Origin: Spirochaetota bacterium
Lineage (GTDB): Bacteria > Spirochaetota > UBA4802 > UBA5550
Length of the DNA: 64,000 bases
NCBI GenBank assembly: GCA_963664815.2
Contig: CAXXHB010000003.1
Span: forward strand, 160,001 to 224,000
Direction: 5' to 3'
Under the pieces are notes generated by a model. That model ran no database searches, had not been told where the DNA came from, and saw nothing but the letters and a program-made list of their open reading frames with translations. This document shows, piece after piece, positions 46,355 through 56,570 of this stretch. The translations under genes and the position numbers were made by a program. Each line of letters opens with the position of its first letter. The stretch's first letter is position 1.

Positions 46355-47323
46355 ATGGCGAGAGTTTTATCGGGCATACAGCCTTCAGGTTCCCTTCATA
46401 TCGGTAATTATTTTGCAATGATGAAGCCGATGATAGAGTTACAGAATAGCAGTGAACTTTTCTGTTTTATTGTTAATTTCCATGCGATGACCTCGCTCCA
46501 TGATGGAACTGAACTACGGAAGAATACAATTGAAGCTGCGATAGATTTTCTTGCACTTGGACTTGATCCTGAAAAATGCTTCTTCTGGGTTCAGTCAGAT
46601 GTCCCCGAAGTGACTGAACTTTCATGGATTCTTTCATGCCACACGTCAATGGGGCTTCTTGAGAGAAGTCACAGTTTTAAGGATAAGGTTTCGCGGGGGC
46701 TTGTTCCAAATGCCGGGTTATATACATATCCGATACTTATGGCAGCTGATATACTTCTTTATGATGCAGACATTGTACCTGTAGGGAAAGATCAGAAGCA
46801 GCACATTGAAATTACCAGAGATATCGCCGGTAGCTTCAACAATACATATGGCGACATCTTTGTTGTTCCTGAAGGTAAAATTGAAGAGGATGTTGCAACG
46901 ATCCCCGGCATAGATGGTCAGAAAATGTCGAAAAGTTATGGTAATTCTCTGGAAATATTTGAGGATGAAAAATCTCTGAAGAAAAAGGTTATGAAGATTG
47001 TAACAGATTCAACTCCCGTAGAAGATCCTAAAGATCCTGATAAATGCACGGTTTTTGCCTTATATAAATTATTTGCATCAGAGAGTCAATTAAAAGATAT
47101 GAGGGATATTTATACAAAAGGCGGTACAGGATATGGGCAGGTTAAGAAAGATCTGCTTGAAATTCTGATTGAGTACTTCCGACCCTATCGTGAGAATCGC
47201 AAAAGATTTGAAAATGACAAAGCTGAAGTTTATAATATACTCAGGAAAGGTGCGGACAAAACCCGGAATGTCGCGGCAGTTACACTGAAGAGAGTGAAGG
47301 ATGCAGTGGGGATTAATTACTAA
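46355..47323 (+). CDS. trpS: Tryptophan--tRNA ligase
   Basis: SGIQPSG.LHIGNY, YPILMAADI, GKDQKQH, KMSKS. Confidence 0.98.
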   Translation: MARVLSGIQPSGSLHIGNYFAMMKPMIELQNSSELFCFIVNFHAMTSLHDGTELRKNTIEAAIDFLALGLDPEKCFFWVQSDVPEVTELSWILSCHTSMGLLERSHSFKDKVSRGLVPNAGLYTYPILMAADILLYDADIVPVGKDQKQHIEITRDIAGSFNNTYGDIFVVPEGKIEEDVATIPGIDGQKMSKSYGNSLEIFEDEKSLKKKVMKIVTDSTPVEDPKDPDKCTVFALYKLFASESQLKDMRDIYTKGGTGYGQVKKDLLEILIEYFRPYRENRKRFENDKAEVYNILRKGADKTRNVAAVTLKRVKDAVGINY

Positions 47324-47469
47324 GCATGGGATATTATTTACGCAATATGCAGAGAGGAAAGTAATAACAGATAAATATTTATCCGGATTTGAAAACTGAA
47401 TTAAAAATAATATCTCAGTATTCAGAAATATTTATCATCACCGATGCTGTTTGTACAATACAGAGTGTC

Positions 47470-48414
47470 TTACTGGGATTGGGCAATTGTTGCTTCCAGT
47501 TTCCCGATATATTCTTTCATGTGAGGGGGAAGCTCCGCAGAGAAGGATAACTCTATGCCTGTGACCGGATGTTTAAACTTCAGAAAGGTAGATGCCAGTA
47601 AAAGGTATGGTACCCTGTACTTTTCCCACTTCTTTGAATATATCTGGTCTCCTATAACCGGATTTCCTGTTGAAGAAAGATGAACTCTTATCTGGTGAGT
47701 TCTTCCCGTATGTATTCTAACATCGAGCATTGAGAAGGTTCCATTAGGAGTATGCCATATTCGTGAGATTGTATATTCAGTTACGGCTTCACGCCCATCT
47801 TCGTCAATTGTCATTTTCTGGCGATATTTTTTATGGCGGGCTATAGGTCTGTTTATTACTGCATGATCTTTTACCGGCTTTCCGATTATTATTGCCGAGT
47901 ATCTTTTTTCCACGGTTCTTTCCTGAAACTGTTTAATCAGTCCTTCATATGCTTCATTTGTTTTTGCGATGACCATTAAGCCTGATGTATCTCTGTCGAG
48001 CCTGTGAACAATACCCGGTCTGTGATGATCGCCGGCGGAGGAGAGAATCTTTATATGATAGAGAAGGGCACTTACAAGGGTACTTCCGTAATTCCCCGGC
48101 CCTGGATGCACTACAAGTCCAGGCTGTTTATTTATTACAACGATATGTTCATCCTGATAGGTTATGTCCAGTGGAATGTTTTCGGGAACAGGATCTTTAA
48201 ACTCCTCTTCGTGTATGACAATTTCTATCTCATCATCGGTTTTTGATTTATAGTTAGGGCGGGTGGGTAATCCATTTACTGTAATTTGTTCGTTTCTTAT
48301 AAGTTTTTGTATCTGGCTTCTTGAAATTTCAGTTTCAAGCAATGATGGTATAACGCGATCGATTCGTTCCAGATCAAATTCTTCCGGAACAATAATTGTG
48401 TATTTTTCTTCCAA
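47470..48414 (-). CDS. rluD: RluA/RluD family pseudouridine synthase
   Basis: S4 domain, HRLDRDTSG, TGRTHQIRVH. Confidence 0.9.
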   Translation of the reverse strand: MEEKYTIIVPEEFDLERIDRVIPSLLETEISRSQIQKLIRNEQITVNGLPTRPNYKSKTDDEIEIVIHEEEFKDPVPENIPLDITYQDEHIVVINKQPGLVVHPGPGNYGSTLVSALLYHIKILSSAGDHHRPGIVHRLDRDTSGLMVIAKTNEAYEGLIKQFQERTVEKRYSAIIIGKPVKDHAVINRPIARHKKYRQKMTIDEDGREAVTEYTISRIWHTPNGTFSMLDVRIHTGRTHQIRVHLSSTGNPVIGDQIYSKKWEKYRVPYLLLASTFLKFKHPVTGIELSFSAELPPHMKEYIGKLEATIAQSQ

Positions 48415-48590
48415 TAGTATCCCCTTATCGAGTAAATTTAATATATTGCTTTATGATATAACATTTACTATTTTAGTCATGATATATAATATACAATTGT
48501 TGACAATAATTTTATTGTATCAAAAAATAAGATAATATTTCTTACATTAAAACCATCCAGAATCTAAAATACCGGATTGAGTAAATAAAA

Positions 48591-48992
48591 GTGAAGTTTG
48601 AAAAAATCAATATCCAGGAAAGAATAAAGTCTTTCGTGCCATATCTTGCCACATTTTATTATGTGGAGATTATTTACCTGATGATTTTTATGAACTTTTT
48701 GTACGGTAAAATCGTTGCGGCAGGCACAGGGATATTTCTATCACTATTTTTAACATTTCATGTGCTTCGTTTATTCAACAGGAAAGATATTAACAGAAAA
48801 ATACAGATTTATTGTATGGACATCCATTTTGCTTATTCACTGGCTTATGCCTTCAACAGGTTTTTTTCAGCCGGAAGTTTGAGTATTGTAGAATATGGAA
48901 TGATAACCTTCCGGTTAATAACGGCCGTTTTAGAAATTATATTTGTAATAATTCTTACTGATGTAATAATCAGAAGTGAATATGTCGACTGA
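48591..48992 (+). CDS. Hypothetical membrane protein (about 4 TM)
   Basis: 133 aa hydrophobic ORF filling an intergenic gap. Confidence 0.6.
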   Translation: MKFEKINIQERIKSFVPYLATFYYVEIIYLMIFMNFLYGKIVAAGTGIFLSLFLTFHVLRLFNRKDINRKIQIYCMDIHFAYSLAYAFNRFFSAGSLSIVEYGMITFRLITAVLEIIFVIILTDVIIRSEYVD

Positions 48993-49013
48993 TCGTCAGT
49001 TATTGAGTTAATT

Positions 49014-51074
49014 TCAGTTTGCTTTTGCCTCATCAACTGACAGCTTTTCGTATAGTCTGTAATCAATGAAAAGATCCACAAGATCAGAATCGAGTTTCTG
49101 GTTTTCAGCTTCTTCTTTAAGTATCTTAATTACTTTGTCTATCGGGACAGATTTTTTATATGGCCTGTCCTGAGCTGTGAGAGCATCATAGATATCTGCA
49201 ATTGACATCATCCTTGACTGAAGTGATGTTGATTCTTTGCCCTTTAAGCCGTCAGGGTAGCCTGTTCCATCGAGCTTCTCATGATGCCTCATTGCAATCT
49301 CCGGTATTCTTCTGTATTCCGGAGGCCATGGTATTTTACTTACGAATTTATACGTTTCAATTACGTGGCTTTCTATCTCGAGACGTTCATCGTTGTTAAG
49401 GCTCCCTCTCTTTATTCTGAGATTTATTTTATCGTTGTCTGTGAGTATGTCGACTTTCTGGCCGGTTATATCCATGCACTCAATGGTTTCAATCTCCTGA
49501 AGAATATTTCCGAGTAAAACTTCAGGATCGATATCTGTAACTGAGGGTTCATTCAGCCTTATAAGCTCCTCTTTGATTTCGATTATGCGTGTGAGTTTTG
49601 TTGTTTTTTCTGCTCTGATCTTCGTGAGATCTTCTTCATACGGTTTGTTAAGGCCCAGACCTTCGCGGATGAGTTCCATCTCTTTTGCAAAATAAGCAAG
49701 TTCAAGATAGCGGTAGAGATAATCAAGGCGGAGTTTAAGATTTTCAAGGTCTTTCGGGTAGAGTTTTTTTGCTTTCTTGAATATATTAAGGTCTATGTAT
49801 ACCTTTCCGAAGTCATGGAGAAGTGCGGCAAATTCAAGTTCCTTTATATCGTTCTCGGTAAAGTTAAAATCTTTTAAATATCCTGTCTTTACCTCATTAA
49901 CTGCCGCAGCCATTTCCTTGCATATCTGCGCGACTCTGAAAGAGTGACCGGAAGTGGCAGGGTCCCGCGATTCTATTGCGGTAACTGAAGCCTTTACAAA
50001 CTCCTCGAATTGTCTCTGTATCTGGGTTATAAGCCTGTTATTTTCAATGGATATGGCGGCCTGTCCGGCAATAGCCTCAAGCAGGCTGTTATACCTTTCA
50101 TCAAATGTTACAACATAACGGTCAAAATCATCATTGGTTTCGAGCTTTATTTCAAATGCCTCATTCTCATATTTCTTGGTGCCGGTATTATCCTCTTTGC
50201 TGTTAATCAGCTGTATAACGCCTATTATTTCGTCCAGATGATTTTTCATGGGAACAACAAGTTGTGATCTGCTTATATAGCTGTGCTGTCTGTCAAAGAA
50301 AGGATTAAAGGAATATGGGGCCAGCTCCGGAATTTTATATGCGTCAGGAAGATTAATAACCTCTCCGGTAACTGCAACATAACCCGAGATAGATTTTTTG
50401 TTCATGTCCATTACGAATTCCTCAAGGGGAATTTCGCGGGAGAATGTATGTGAGTATTTGAATCTGAGGCGTTTTTTGCCTGTTTCATCCTCTTCGACAA
50501 GATATATACTCCCCGCGTCGGCACCTGTAATTTTTTTGCTGAGGTAGAGGATGAGACGCAGTAGTTTCTCCATGTCTTTCTCACCGGAGAGAGACCGGCC
50601 TATATTTATAAGATCCTCCTGGTCTCTCTGTGCGTCGGTAAGCTTGTTGTAGTACCAGTTTTTTTTCTGCTCGTTCTGGAAATGTTTTTCTATTATGGAT
50701 AATGACTTGTTAACAACGAATCTCAGCTTTTTCTCCGAAGTCGTTTCAGTGAGGAAGTCGCTTATGTGGTAGAGACGGTCAAGATTCTGATCTTCAAGAT
50801 CCTCTTCAGAGCCGATAATCAGCATCTGGTAGAAGACCCTGGAATAGTCGATTACATTGAGATGTTTATATATACTTTTATACCTGTTCAGCGGGATTAT
50901 AATTACAGTGAGCAGGATACTTGATTCCGATTCAAGCAAAATTGAATCTATTGTTTTTTCTATATCACCGGTATAGATTACCGGGTAATTCATGGTGGTA
51001 AGAGGTACTATGCTGTTTTTCAGCTCTTCGGCAATAACTATATTTTTAATTACACTCTGTCTTTCCTGACGCAT
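49014..51074 (-). CDS. GAF plus HD-GYP phosphodiesterase
   Basis: GAF (ADAGSIYLV...GVIQLINS); GHSFRV, LHDFGK, HHEKLDGTGYP, ADIYDAL..DRPYK. Confidence 0.92.
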   Translation of the reverse strand: MRQERQSVIKNIVIAEELKNSIVPLTTMNYPVIYTGDIEKTIDSILLESESSILLTVIIIPLNRYKSIYKHLNVIDYSRVFYQMLIIGSEEDLEDQNLDRLYHISDFLTETTSEKKLRFVVNKSLSIIEKHFQNEQKKNWYYNKLTDAQRDQEDLINIGRSLSGEKDMEKLLRLILYLSKKITGADAGSIYLVEEDETGKKRLRFKYSHTFSREIPLEEFVMDMNKKSISGYVAVTGEVINLPDAYKIPELAPYSFNPFFDRQHSYISRSQLVVPMKNHLDEIIGVIQLINSKEDNTGTKKYENEAFEIKLETNDDFDRYVVTFDERYNSLLEAIAGQAAISIENNRLITQIQRQFEEFVKASVTAIESRDPATSGHSFRVAQICKEMAAAVNEVKTGYLKDFNFTENDIKELEFAALLHDFGKVYIDLNIFKKAKKLYPKDLENLKLRLDYLYRYLELAYFAKEMELIREGLGLNKPYEEDLTKIRAEKTTKLTRIIEIKEELIRLNEPSVTDIDPEVLLGNILQEIETIECMDITGQKVDILTDNDKINLRIKRGSLNNDERLEIESHVIETYKFVSKIPWPPEYRRIPEIAMRHHEKLDGTGYPDGLKGKESTSLQSRMMSIADIYDALTAQDRPYKKSVPIDKVIKILKEEAENQKLDSDLVDLFIDYRLYEKLSVDEAKAN

Positions 51075-51170
51075 TTATGTTTTTCCATTTAAGTTTAATT
51101 GCTGATATATTATAATTTTAATTTAACTCAAATAAATTGCAAGTATTTATTAAAGATTTATAATTAAATA

Positions 51171-51200
51171 AGCTCAACAACGGTTCTGCCATTGTTGAGC
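51171..51200 (-). terminator. Hairpin downstream of ilvB, possible terminator
   Basis: gctcaacaacgg-ttctg-ccattgttgagc followed by ttattt on the minus strand. Confidence 0.55.
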
Positions 51201-51319
51201 CGGGAATGTCCATGGCTCTGTGTATGTAAGTCATTTAAATAAATTTCAACACAATCGGGCTTTTATATAATGGATGAGTTGAATTTAAATAATATTGAAC
51301 AGTATTAAGAAACGGGAGT

Positions 51320-53005
51320 CTAAGCTCCCTGTTCCAGCGGCTGATTATCATCTCCCTTGATCATTACGGTATTTGATTCACCCGGTGGAACCATGGGGTA
51401 TACATTGTATTCCTCTGTGACCGGTACATTTATAAGTACCGGTCCTGGGATTCTCATACACTCCTCAATGGTTGGAGATGAGGAGCTGAACGGATTTATA
51501 CTTCTTCCGGTTATGTTGAATGCTTTTGCAATCTGCGGGAAGTCCGGAGAACTGCTGAATATTGAGGCTATATAGTTTCTGTTATAAAAAAGTTCCTGCT
51601 GCTGGCGTACAAGCCCAAGCTGGCCGTTATTCAGAAGTATTATTTTAATGTTAAGATTAAGATCTGAAAGAGTTGCCAGTTCCTGTATGTTCATAAGTAT
51701 CGAACCGTCGCCGCTGAAACATATTACCTGCTTATCCGGGTTGGCCAGAGCTGCGCCTATTGCGGCGGGGAGTCCGAAACCCATAGTTCCGAGACCTCCC
51801 GAGGTAAGGAAATTTCTCCCGGTGGTAAACTGGTAGTTTCTTGCAACCCACATCTGGTGTTGTCCAACATCTGTTGTTATAATTGCGTTATCCGCTGCAG
51901 CGGCTTTTACCTCCTTTATTACAGATTCGGGGTGAGAGGCAGCGCAGTAGTGAAATTTATCGTAACGTGTTTTCTTCTCTTCACATTTGTCTATCCATGC
52001 GTTTCTTTCTTTCTTATCAATCATCGGGATAATATGTTCAAGTGCGCTTTTTGCATCTGAAGCGAGAGAGATGGATGTTTTCTTTATTTTATTGATTTCT
52101 GAAGGGTCTATATCAATGTGGATAATAGACGCCTTTTTCCCGAAATGTGAAGCAACGCCGGTTGTCCTGTCTCCGAAACGGCTCCCTATGCAGACAATTA
52201 AATCTGACTCATCGAAGATAATGTTTGTGCTGTGATTGCCATGCATCCCCACAAGACCGAGGTAGAGTCTGTTATCACAGGGGAAAGAGCCAAGTCCCAT
52301 GAGCGAAACAGCAGTGGGGATTGAACTTCTTTCAGACATGGTTATAAGTTCGCTGAATGCGCCTGAAGCAATGATTCCTCCGCCGGCGCAGATTACCGGT
52401 CGTTCAGATGAGTTTATTCTATCCGCTATTGACCGGCAGATATCATGAGATGGAATTGTTTGATTTGAAACTTCGGCAGGTTCCGGAATAGCTTCTATTT
52501 CTATTATCTGGCTTTGAATGTCTTTGGGGACATCAATTACAATGGGACCGGGCCGCCCGCTTTGTGCTATGCGGAATGCATCGTTCATTATCATCGGGAG
52601 TTCAGCAGCGTTTTTTACCAGGAATGAATGCTTTGTAATGGAAAGAGTGAGACCGTACATATCAACCTCCTGGAAGGCATCTGTTCCGATAAGGGGGAGT
52701 GACACCTGTGCAGTTATGGCTATGATTGGAACGGAATCCAGCTTGGCATCGGCTATAGCCGTGATCAGGTTGGTTGCTCCGGGACCTGATGTGGCGATGC
52801 ATACGGCCGGTTTACCCGTTGAGCGTGCCATCCCCTGCGCAATAAAACCCGCACCCTGTTCATGGCGCGCCAGGACATGCCTGATGTTGCTGGCATAAAG
52901 CGCATTGTAAAGCGGCAGCGCGGCGCCGCCCGGGATACCAGTTACGGTTTCTATTCCATGTTTCTCAAGTGATTTAACTATTATTTCCGCACCTGACATT
53001 TTCAT
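51320..53005 (-). CDS. ilvB: Acetolactate synthase large subunit
   Basis: RHEQGA, TSGPGATN, DAFQE, DVGQHQMW, GDGS...NN TPP motif. Confidence 0.96.
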   Translation of the reverse strand: MKMSGAEIIVKSLEKHGIETVTGIPGGAALPLYNALYASNIRHVLARHEQGAGFIAQGMARSTGKPAVCIATSGPGATNLITAIADAKLDSVPIIAITAQVSLPLIGTDAFQEVDMYGLTLSITKHSFLVKNAAELPMIMNDAFRIAQSGRPGPIVIDVPKDIQSQIIEIEAIPEPAEVSNQTIPSHDICRSIADRINSSERPVICAGGGIIASGAFSELITMSERSSIPTAVSLMGLGSFPCDNRLYLGLVGMHGNHSTNIIFDESDLIVCIGSRFGDRTTGVASHFGKKASIIHIDIDPSEINKIKKTSISLASDAKSALEHIIPMIDKKERNAWIDKCEEKKTRYDKFHYCAASHPESVIKEVKAAAADNAIITTDVGQHQMWVARNYQFTTGRNFLTSGGLGTMGFGLPAAIGAALANPDKQVICFSGDGSILMNIQELATLSDLNLNIKIILLNNGQLGLVRQQQELFYNRNYIASIFSSSPDFPQIAKAFNITGRSINPFSSSSPTIEECMRIPGPVLINVPVTEEYNVYPMVPPGESNTVMIKGDDNQPLEQGA

Positions 53006-53028
53006 AAAGGGCTCCTTTAGTTTTAAAT

Positions 53029-53066
53029 AAAAAAGCCCCCGTCGGTTTATACCGCGGGGGCTTTTT
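53029..53066 (-). terminator. Attenuator terminator of ilvB
   Basis: Minus strand gcccccgcggt-ataa-accgacgggggc-tttttt just upstream of the ilvB RBS. Confidence 0.9.
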
Positions 53067-53088
53067 CTGTATTGTATAATAACTTACC

Positions 53089-53178
53089 CTACGGTATAAA
53101 CCGGTATGTATATGAGCTGACGACCACGAGTACGAGGTTAAGTAACAGAATGGTTGATGGGCTCAGAACGGGTTTCAT
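53089..53178 (-). CDS. ilv leader peptide (29 aa; not in ORF track)
   Basis: MKPVLSPSTILLLNLVLVVVSSYTYRFIP*; Ile/Leu/Val codon run; AAGGA upstream; followed by terminator. Confidence 0.85.
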   Translation of the reverse strand: MKPVLSPSTILLLNLVLVVVSSYTYRFIP

Positions 53179-53390
53179 TTATTATTTATTCCTTTTGATT
53201 TAAGATAAGAAATAAATAAGATAGAAAATTGTCAACTTTTTTGTGAGAAAAAATAGATAATATCGCTGCCCATACAGAGTGGGAAAATTGGTTCATATGT
53301 AAAACAATGGCAGATTTATGACAAATATCACAATCTGTTTAAAGAGTATTCAGTTTCGCTTCAATTACGCCTCAAACACCTTACTGACAG

Positions 53391-53930
53391 TTATAAATGC
53401 GCGTTTTTCTCTGTCGGCAACGGTATTGAAACGGTATTGAAACGGTTTTTAACAGGGTCTTCATACTGCTGAAACACACTCTTAACTGATTTGCCTCTGT
53501 TTTTGTCCGCATTAATATCATTCTGTTCATATCCTGTTCTGTTGTTTCCGGAATATGTGATTGTGTAATAAGTAGCGTCACAGGGAGCGGATGCAGCCAC
53601 TGCATCTTCTGTTACACTGCTTCCAGATGGAGTTACAGGTGAACCGGGTGCAATACCACGAAGGTATTCAGACATAAACAGGTTGTACCCTGACTTTTTC
53701 TTTCTCTTTGCCCTCACTCTGTAAAGGTTTTTCTCCTCTTCCGGAAGAACCTGCCAAGCCTTTACGCTGCCGCTGAAGTTACCTCTGCACTTCACCTGTG
53801 GTTCTGTGCGGGGATTAAAGGGGATTGTGCGTCTTTTGATGCAGGTTTTGCCGTAGCGTCTGTAAAGAACTAGCCCGTCCAGACCGCCATGTGCAGTTCT
53901 GAGAAAGGGATGAAGCTTTGTTATTGCCAT
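53391..53930 (-). CDS. Basic hypothetical protein, DUF6266-like N-terminus
   Basis: AGGAG SD; G.LDGLV.Y...GK....R...NPRT..Q...R..F; W..L.EEEK..Y; SGYNLFMSE. Confidence 0.6.
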   Translation of the reverse strand: MAITKLHPFLRTAHGGLDGLVLYRRYGKTCIKRRTIPFNPRTEPQVKCRGNFSGSVKAWQVLPEEEKNLYRVRAKRKKKSGYNLFMSEYLRGIAPGSPVTPSGSSVTEDAVAASAPCDATYYTITYSGNNRTGYEQNDINADKNRGKSVKSVFQQYEDPVKNRFNTVSIPLPTEKNAHL

Positions 53931-54651
53931 GATGTTACTCTCCTTTTGATGTTATATTAAGATTTATGTCACTTATAACAAGTCCGGAAAAACAAATGAC
54001 ATGGGGCAAGCAGAATTTTTAAAAAATTTATCAGACTGGATTGTGAACATGTTGCCTTGCCGTCTCCGGGGGCGCCGACTGAATCTGCTGAAGGTATACC
54101 TCGGGTTTTGCGAGATAAACGGGAAATGTATCGAGGGGAACATTGGCCACTTAAAAGACATTGTACTATAGGTTTTGATGCAAGCTTGTTTACCAACGGG
54201 GATTTTCTGTTAATAAATATAATACACTTTTAATATGTAAATATTGTTTATGGAACTATTTTTAAACAAATCGGGTCTAAAAAGAGTTCAAATAACGGAT
54301 GGGTGATGTGCAAAGCGAATAATATTAATGGTTATTTAGCAGATGAGCTTTTAATTAAGTCATCCCTCAAACTGAATAATTCATTGTAAATCACTCATTG
54401 ATAAAAATAAAATATACTTTTTTAACCGACATAAGAAGTGAAAAGATATAATAAAACCAGAAGTATCATAACCGGATATATGAACTGCTGAAAAACTGAA
54501 AGCCACATAATCCCCGGTAAGTAGAAGGAACCGTAATTTATTGAATTATATATTGACTTTTAATTTCCTGAAATTAATTTCGCTTTAAAGCGGTTAGATA
54601 GAGTTTACGGTCTGATGTTATATAAATATGGCGTTTTTACAGGAGCAGAAA

Positions 54652-56235
54652 ATGTTATTCGGAAAAACTGAAAAATATAAAAACAGGATGGCAGCATCTC
54701 TTTACATTCTGTTGCTGCTTGCAGTGAGCGCCTGCGGAGGGGGCGGAAGCAGTGACAGTGAACCTGCTGCAGGGACTAAATGGACTATAATGTATTACGG
54801 AGATGCTGACAATAACCTTGAAAGTGAACTGCTAAGTGATGTAGCTGAAATGAAGACCGGTATTGTAGATGGTCAGGGCGTTAATGTCATTGTACTGTTT
54901 GACAGAATTTCCGGAGAGAGCAGCGATTCAACCGTCTTTGGAAGTAATTTTACAGATACAAGGATATACAGAATTACGCATGGCAATACCTGGCGAAAAA
55001 GCGGCGCCACACAGTTCCCTGAAATAACTGAGAGTTCTTCATACGAGGCGAATATGGGGGATGCAAAAACTTTAAAGAAATTCATACAGTACTGCAAGGC
55101 GAATTACCCGGCAGATAATTATGCCCTTATACTCTCCAATCATGGAGGGGGACCAAAGAAGAAATCAGCATCATTATCCTCTTCAACAACTGACAGCAAT
55201 TCAGCAACTACAAAGAGCATCTGCTGGGATACAACAAGCTCCGACGATTTTCTTTATACGGCGGAGATAAGCGATACCCTTACATCGTCTGAATCTGTTC
55301 AGTTATTCGGCCTGGATGCATGCTTTATGTCTTCAGTTGAGTTTGCCTACCAGTTCCGCAATGATACAAGCAATACTGGATTTAAAGCGGAGATTATGGT
55401 TGCCTCTGCTCCCACTGAAACGGGATACGGCTGGGATTACGATGCCATACTTGACAGGCTTCAGAGCGGCGGAGGCAACAACGGTGAAACAGATATAACT
55501 CTCGGCGGTTATGAACAATATTACGATCCGGCTACACTTACTGCAACCCAGCTTGGCGCCATAATAATTGAGGAACAGAGAGATTCAACTGCAAGTGATT
55601 CGAGCCAGTCGCTTACATGTCTTGATTTATCAAAGGTTAAGGCAGTGAAAGATGCAGTTGATGCAATGGCGGTGGCGCTTACAGCAGGGACATCATCAAC
55701 AGACAAGACTAATCTTGAAGCGTTAAGAGGAAATGCGATGACTGCTAAACTGCTTCATTATTTTGATGAGACTGATGTAGATGAATGGATTGCTTATCCG
55801 TTTTTCGATCTATATAATCTTGCAGTGGCAATATATGGGAGTTCAAGTTTTAGCACTACTGTTAAAGATGATGCGAATGCGATAAAAACTGCAGTTGACG
55901 ACTTCGTTCTCTATTCATTTGCCAATTCAGATTTTACTACTGGGGCAGGTTCATATTACGGAGCCGATCCATTTATTGAAGGTAAAAGTGGTGTTCATAT
56001 ATTTTTCCCTGACGGTGATTATACATTGGGGAGTTATACATGCTGGGCTTACCAGTGGTGGTATAATGCCGCTGATCTTACAGCTTATACAGCAACAAAA
56101 TCTGTATATGGAAAACTTGCATGGTGCATTGATAACAAAACTACAACGACTTCAAATGTCGGCAACTGGTTTGAGCTTCTTGACAGCTGGTTCGATGTAA
56201 GCACCGGGACTGGCGTTAATTTATACCAGTGGTAG
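54652..56235 (+). CDS. Clostripain (C11 cysteine peptidase) lipoprotein
   Basis: Lipobox VSAC; DADNNLE, EANMGD, NHGGG (His), DAC (Cys), GNWFELLDSWFD..YQW; AGGAG SD before ATG 54652. Confidence 0.9.
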   Translation: MLFGKTEKYKNRMAASLYILLLLAVSACGGGGSSDSEPAAGTKWTIMYYGDADNNLESELLSDVAEMKTGIVDGQGVNVIVLFDRISGESSDSTVFGSNFTDTRIYRITHGNTWRKSGATQFPEITESSSYEANMGDAKTLKKFIQYCKANYPADNYALILSNHGGGPKKKSASLSSSTTDSNSATTKSICWDTTSSDDFLYTAEISDTLTSSESVQLFGLDACFMSSVEFAYQFRNDTSNTGFKAEIMVASAPTETGYGWDYDAILDRLQSGGGNNGETDITLGGYEQYYDPATLTATQLGAIIIEEQRDSTASDSSQSLTCLDLSKVKAVKDAVDAMAVALTAGTSSTDKTNLEALRGNAMTAKLLHYFDETDVDEWIAYPFFDLYNLAVAIYGSSSFSTTVKDDANAIKTAVDDFVLYSFANSDFTTGAGSYYGADPFIEGKSGVHIFFPDGDYTLGSYTCWAYQWWYNAADLTAYTATKSVYGKLAWCIDNKTTTTSNVGNWFELLDSWFDVSTGTGVNLYQW

Positions 56236-56510
56236 TGAACATGCATGCTTCGACTCCACGGCTGGTGAGCCTGTCAAACCACGGGGAGCGTGTGAGTAGT
56301 GGATGTGCATGCTTCGACTCCGCTCAGCAAGCGTGTGGGTAGTGGATTTTTGAGTTCGTGTTCAGGACGCTCATTGAGCGGAGTCGAAATGAGCTGTTTT
56401 GGGCACGATGTGCGAGTAGTAGACGTGCATGCTTCGACTCCACGGCTGGTGAGCCTGTCGAACCACAGCAAGCATGTGGGTAGTGGATTTTTAAGTTTAT
56501 GCTCAGGACG
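56232..56510. repeat. REP-like hairpin repeat cluster (left of GIY-YIG gene)
   Basis: Units at 56232, 56296 and 56416 begin GTAGT..tgcatgcttcgactcc; motifs tggtgagcctgtc(g/a)aacca and gctcattgagcggagtcgaaatgagc. Confidence 0.9.
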
Positions 56511-56570
56511 TTTAATGTGCTGTTATTAAAAAAAATTACTTTATTACTTAATCCTGTTCGTATCTATAAT

